Position numbers and translations under genes: made by a program. Shown here one piece after another: positions 59,652 through 64,000 of a stretch of DNA of 64,000 nt. Numbering within the stretch: position 1 is the stretch's first letter; every line of letters starts with the position of its first letter. Below the pieces are notes generated by a model that was given only the letters and a program-made list of their open reading frames with translations, was not told the origin of the DNA and searched no databases. The DNA is from a virus (Duplodnaviria; Caudoviricetes). The stretch is taken from positions 28,713 through 92,712 of the IMG/VR virus record IMGVR_UViG_3300033121_000711, one strand, 5' to 3'.

Positions 59652-60091
59652 TAGGGTATTACCCGTTATCTAGCACATCATTAATCCAATCAATACCACA
59701 TTTAACTTCATGACCATCATCTTCAACAACAAAAATTCCATCAGATGGTTCAGGTGCTAATTTCTCTTTTGCTTCCGTATATTCTTCTGCCTCGATTTGT
59801 TTTTTGAATACGCCATCTCTAGAATACAAACGATAACAGTAAGCCATAATAAATTATCTTTAATTCAAGTTAAGAGAATCGAACCCACAATTTGAAATTG
59901 TGGGTTCGATAATATACTGGTGCCGTGGTTTTTCAAGCTGACCAGTAACAGCTTTCATGTCCACGCTTGTTATCGCGTTGCAATAGTTACTCGAAAAGCT
60001 TAGTGGCCTTAACTATTGCAATGACCACTCACGGCTAGGTCTGCGTGTGGTCGGCCACTAATTTGTACTTGAGGATTTCTCCTCAAGTGTA

Positions 60092-61633
60092 CTACTCCCA
60101 ACGGTCGATAGTGAAATCCATAGTAGAATAGTCTTCCAACGTAATCTTAGGATTAACGCTGTAATTCATATTCTTCACAATCAGAACACCGTTAGCGTCA
60201 CTTTCCAAGTGACCAGAAATAATTGTTGTTTGGCTATGAGCTTCAATAACTCTTTTAATCTCGTGAAGCTCAGCCTTCAATATTTCAGGGAACAAGCCAC
60301 CGCCTTTATGGGTTTCAACTCTCTTAGCCCCTTGAACGACTAAAAAAGCTCCAGGTTCTTCGCCTTTAAATTCTCGATCCCAGAAGCAAGGCTTCTCGAA
60401 GACACCTTTCACTTCAACCCAAGTTTCTGGCATCAAGTTCCACATCTTACAATGAGAGCCACCGTTAAACATGAACCAAGAAACAGGGTTGCGATTTTCC
60501 GGAAAATCCCATTTAAGGACTGGCGGACTATTCTTATCAGCAGCAGTAACCAATCCGTAATAATTACCGATTGATGCTACCTTGTATTCGATTTTTGTTG
60601 CTTTCGCAAGCCACCGTTCTTTAAAGAGAGACCAAGTCATGATTGTGGCTGGTAGCTTGAGAGGCTTAACATTATCGCTTTTAGTTTTCAACTTATCGAA
60701 AACTTTAACCTCAAGCTTAGGTGCCATCTCCGTAGGACGCCAAAGCCATGCTTTGACATCCTCCATCTTGGCAAAGACACGAGAAAGAGAAGCTGTAATG
60801 CCAAGTTTCTCAACAAGCTTTTCTGCTACCTCGATCTGATTATCAGATGGAGGAGCTGTAGGGCGTTGGTACTGTAGTGGGTGCATCTTTCTGTTCCATC
60901 TCTTAGAGATGGATTCAAAATCATAACCTCCCTTAATGTCATCCAACAACGTACCAATCACAGTGTTTTTGATATGTGCCCAACCTGCCGGAGCATTAAG
61001 GACAGTATACCAAACAATATCCCGACTACCTTTGTTTTTGTAAGCTTCAAGAAACCATTTGGCCATTTCCAGGTTCTTACCTGAACGGTCAAGAACATCC
61101 GCCTCAAGTACCCGAATAGCTTGCTGAATCACTTCAAGTTTGTAGTCCACAAAACTACGCATCAACAAAATGTAATCTTGCTTACGTTCGGCTCGAAGCT
61201 TGTTAGCTTCCTCTTCAAAATAAACAGACATGCTAGTATGGCCAGAGAGATGCGACCACTCGCCTGTTTTTGGTGTTCCCCAGATAGAGGAAGTATTGTA
61301 GAATACTCCAGTGACCTGAGAGTTTCTAATCTCTTCGGTAAGCTTTCTAACTGATTTAGCAAAGAATCCATCAATATTGACAGGCCAAACAGTCGGCTTA
61401 ACCAATCCATGCTTATCTAACGTAACAAGCCCGCCGTAATTTTCGATGAATTTCTTGCAAGTTTTACAATTGTAATGCTGTTGATCTGATGGCAAATTTT
61501 TCAAGAAAATGTAAAACAAATCAGTAGCATTAGTCGTGAATACATTATTTTTGGCTTGTACAATCTGATGGTTAACCTGTTCACTGAAATTTGCGTATGC
61601 GAAATCCGAAGAAACATGCGTGACAGTCTTCAT
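60092..61633 (-). CDS. Large hypothetical phage protein
   Basis: 513 aa; QHYNC..C..FI..YGGLV motif. Confidence 0.7.
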   Translation of the reverse strand: MKTVTHVSSDFAYANFSEQVNHQIVQAKNNVFTTNATDLFYIFLKNLPSDQQHYNCKTCKKFIENYGGLVTLDKHGLVKPTVWPVNIDGFFAKSVRKLTEEIRNSQVTGVFYNTSSIWGTPKTGEWSHLSGHTSMSVYFEEEANKLRAERKQDYILLMRSFVDYKLEVIQQAIRVLEADVLDRSGKNLEMAKWFLEAYKNKGSRDIVWYTVLNAPAGWAHIKNTVIGTLLDDIKGGYDFESISKRWNRKMHPLQYQRPTAPPSDNQIEVAEKLVEKLGITASLSRVFAKMEDVKAWLWRPTEMAPKLEVKVFDKLKTKSDNVKPLKLPATIMTWSLFKERWLAKATKIEYKVASIGNYYGLVTAADKNSPPVLKWDFPENRNPVSWFMFNGGSHCKMWNLMPETWVEVKGVFEKPCFWDREFKGEEPGAFLVVQGAKRVETHKGGGLFPEILKAELHEIKRVIEAHSQTTIISGHLESDANGVLIVKNMNYSVNPKITLEDYSTMDFTIDRWE

Positions 61634-61642
61634 AATTACACC

Positions 61643-62002
61643 TTACCAAGAATAGTTTTGAAATTTATTCAAATCAACTGGCAAATGATCTTCTGGGATT
61701 GTGAAACCATTTGCCTTGAGTATACGATTCTTTTCCGAGATAACTTCGTTAGTTATCTTGATCTCGCTTTTATGAAGAGCTTCTCTAATACTTTCTGTAG
61801 ATAGACGTAAAAGAAGCTCGCAAAAACTTGAATCGGCTTTAGCAATCAGACCTAAAGAATTTTTAAGTCTAATCATAGTGCCAAAAGTGTTATCCAATAC
61901 GTCAGCTTCAAGAAGCTGACGTATACAATCTTCTGCAACTTTTTGCGTAGAGAGCATCATTAGCCAGTCGTTAGACTTACGCTTAAAGTTTCGGAACGCC
62001 AT
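61643..62002 (-). CDS. Hypothetical protein
   Basis: Coupled ORF. Confidence 0.55.
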   Translation of the reverse strand: MAFRNFKRKSNDWLMMLSTQKVAEDCIRQLLEADVLDNTFGTMIRLKNSLGLIAKADSSFCELLLRLSTESIREALHKSEIKITNEVISEKNRILKANGFTIPEDHLPVDLNKFQNYSW

Positions 62003-62384
62003 TCAGAAATCTTACAGTCATACGCTGACCGATAATAGCGTCCCGGTAATCACAATCAATTGTTAACAACATCCCTGAATCTAGGACAAGTTCAATCAAC
62101 GTACCTGCGACACCAGTTACTGTCGCCCTAGATAAGTCTCCCCAATCACCAATCTCTTTCCTCACTTTCTCATCAGTTGTAAATGATCCGGTACTAGCCA
62201 TACCAAGATTACGTAACTTCAGAAAAAGACCTTTAAGCCATTTGATTTCTTCCTCTCTCGCATCGATTTGGATGCGTTGCATTGGCGTTAGGTCTCGTTT
62301 CAAGGGACGTTTTTGACCGCAAAACATACATTTTGTTTTGCTTAATCCTTGACAAATTCTACAAGCCACTGAATTAAGTTTCAT
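61983..62384 (-). CDS. Zinc-finger-containing hypothetical protein
   Basis: CRIC...CMFC N-terminus. Confidence 0.55.
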   Translation of the reverse strand: MKLNSVACRICQGLSKTKCMFCGQKRPLKRDLTPMQRIQIDAREEEIKWLKGLFLKLRNLGMASTGSFTTDEKVRKEIGDWGDLSRATVTGVAGTLIELVLDSGMLLTIDCDYRDAIIGQRMTVRFLNGVPKL

Positions 62385-64000
62385 TAGCTTCTCTCAGAAT
62401 TCTAAAGCCACAGGTATCACCTCCAGCTAGTAAATCCCAATCTCTTACAGCTATTTGGGTGCCTATATCACACCAACAAGCACCTCGAATAGCGGGCAGA
62501 AAATCAACATCATCTAAAACTCCTTCAGGATCCGAAAGCCCAGAAAGTTGTATCGAAGATCCGGATTCAGTCGATCTCGATATATGAAACCCCGACTGAA
62601 CCAACTGCTGCCCCGAAGAACGAAAGTTGGCATCTAAAATTCCTTCAAGATCCGGAATCCTAGATAACTCCTCTGCATTCTCTGCTTTAACATACGTCGT
62701 CGTATGCTTAATTTCGTTCCCATACTGCACCAACTGTTGCCCCGAATCACGAAAGTCAGCGTCTGTTAAGACTTCACCTCCTTCAGAATTCGGAAGCCCA
62801 GATATTTGCTCTTTTGTTGTGTTGTGGCTTTCCAATACATTTCCATCTTGCAGAATGTACTCCGATCGAACCAACTGCTGCTCCGGAAAGACAACGTCCG
62901 TTAAGACTCCACCTCCTTCAAAATCCGGAAGCCCACATCCGCTAACCAAGGCTTCCTCATGCACATCAGTATCGAGTGACGTATTTGATGTTTCGATGGC
63001 AGACTGTTCCAACCGCAACTCAGAATCACGAAATCTAACGTCCGTTAAGACTTCACCTCCTTCAGGATTCGGAAGGCGAAATATTCGTTCCCGTTCCAAG
63101 TTCTGGTGTAACAGGCAATCATCATCTTGCAATGTTCGCCCACATCGAACCAACTGCTGCTCCGGAAAGATGGCGCCTAAAGCGTCACCTCCTTCAGGAT
63201 TCGTAAGCCGAGAAATTGGTAGTCGTGTACTATCAGGATTCTCGATCGTTCGATTATCCGACAAGCCACTCCTACTGTGGAGTAACTGCTGCCCCGAATC
63301 ACGAAAGTCGGCCTCTAAAATTCCTTCAGGATTCGGAATCCTTGCTCGCGAACTGGAAGCGGAGACGTTCGCCTGCAAGGTAGAACAAGCTTCGTGAACC
63401 AACTGTGACCTCGAATCACGAAAGTAGTCTAAAACTCCTTCAGAATTCGGAAACCCACATCTTTCCAAAATACCGACGTTCTCATTACTATCATCGGTTG
63501 CACACTGGCCCAACTGCCCCCTCGAAGGACTCTGAAAGTAGTCTAAATCTCCTTCAGAATCCGAAAACCCACATCTTTCCAAAATACCGACGTTCTCTTC
63601 ATTGCTGTTACTGGATTTAGAGTCATCCAACCGCTGCCCCGAACGGCGAAAGTTGGCGTCTAAAACTCCTTCAGAATTCGGAAACTCGCATCGTTGTACA
63701 TCTGAGACATTTCTATCCGATGGAACATTGGGCAATTCCGTCCTAGACTGTTCCAGCCGCCGCCCCGAATGGTCCAGAAAGTAGTCTAAATCTCCTTCAG
63801 GATTCTGAATCCCGTGTCTATCCTCGGTAAAGTTGCTTCCATTATCGCCCGTCTCGCTGCTGGGCAATTCCGTCCTAGACTGTTCAAACCGGCTCCCCGG
63901 CGGCGAGCGAAAAAAATCTAAATCTCCTTCAGGATTCTGAATCCTACGCTGGTCATCCTCGCTACTGGCGATACTCGTTTCGCTGTTAACATTCTCCCCA
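62374..64000 (-). repeat. Array of at least 13 cassettes (114-144 bp) encoding FGE-sulfatase/CLec C-terminal 'RGxSW...GFRILKE*' segments
   Basis: Conserved TTC-CGA-ATY-CTG-AAG-GAG block and TTTCGTGATTCGGGGCAGCAGTTGG-like block flank unique cores. Confidence 0.85.
62374..64000 (-). CDS. Stop-free ORF overlapping the cassette array (5' end beyond window); translation uncertain
   Basis: Frame open from the window edge to TAA 62374; ends in frame with the last cassette (AIRGACW...GFRILRE). Confidence 0.4.
   Translation of the reverse strand, partial: GENVNSETSIASSEDDQRRIQNPEGDLDFFRSPPGSRFEQSRTELPSSETGDNGSNFTEDRHGIQNPEGDLDYFLDHSGRRLEQSRTELPNVPSDRNVSDVQRCEFPNSEGVLDANFRRSGQRLDDSKSSNSNEENVGILERCGFSDSEGDLDYFQSPSRGQLGQCATDDSNENVGILERCGFPNSEGVLDYFRDSRSQLVHEACSTLQANVSASSSRARIPNPEGILEADFRDSGQQLLHSRSGLSDNRTIENPDSTRLPISRLTNPEGGDALGAIFPEQQLVRCGRTLQDDDCLLHQNLERERIFRLPNPEGGEVLTDVRFRDSELRLEQSAIETSNTSLDTDVHEEALVSGCGLPDFEGGGVLTDVVFPEQQLVRSEYILQDGNVLESHNTTKEQISGLPNSEGGEVLTDADFRDSGQQLVQYGNEIKHTTTYVKAENAEELSRIPDLEGILDANFRSSGQQLVQSGFHISRSTESGSSIQLSGLSDPEGVLDDVDFLPAIRGACWCDIGTQIAVRDWDLLAGGDTCGFRILREANET

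Noticed and set aside
59878-59910. Additional tRNA
   Set aside because: Only a T-arm-like GTGGGTTCGAT inside a palindrome; no cloverleaf.
62374-63867. The 497-aa ORF as an ordinary repeat protein
   Set aside because: Conserved-block substitutions are synonymous in the other frame and non-synonymous in this one; the recognisable motif lies in the cassette frame.
62514-63920. TAG stop-codon reassignment joining the cassettes
   Set aside because: Three cassettes end in TAA, other genes end normally at TAG (e.g. 16010, 60092), and no suppressor tRNA is seen.
62374-64000. CRISPR array
   Set aside because: Repeats are degenerate with codon-like variation, units are 114-144 bp, and no cas genes are present.
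62374-64000. A complete DGR
   Set aside because: No reverse transcriptase, Avd, AAC-rich template or full target gene in the window; they may lie beyond the edge.

Overview
The window is one continuous stretch of a large tailed dsDNA phage (siphovirus-like). No host genes, integrase, Cas gene or reverse transcriptase are visible. 1-30.3 kb (minus strand) is the morphogenesis operon, read right to left: putative capsid-spike genes, a secreted-protein/c-type-cytochrome/matrixin cluster, TerS, GpA-type TerL, portal, scaffold, P22-coat-like major capsid protein, two paralogous tail tubes, a tail chaperone with a -1 frameshift, and a tape measure protein. 30.3-35.6 kb is a more GC-rich plus-strand island, probably early genes, with a ParB-like gene. 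35.6-62.4 kb (minus) carries nucleotide metabolism and replication genes (dUTPase, ThyX, two Nudix, ligase, UvrD, sigma-70, two tRNAs) and many small ORFs. Several proteins carry Gemmataceae-type motifs, suggesting a planctomycete host (inference). The main unexplained structures are three. (1) At 62.4->64.0 kb, an array of at least 13 cassettes of 114-144 bp each encodes a different version of the 'RGxSW...GFR' C-terminal segment of FGE-sulfatase/CLec folds, the segment DGRs diversify. Twelve are hidden in the +1 frame of a stop-free ORF; the last is in frame with it. (2) Three consecutive early genes are each enclosed by their own 25-34 bp inverted repeat. (3) A tandem structured-RNA-like repeat at 50.0-50.3 kb shows a covarying pseudoknot. 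Family assignments come from motif recognition, not database searches.
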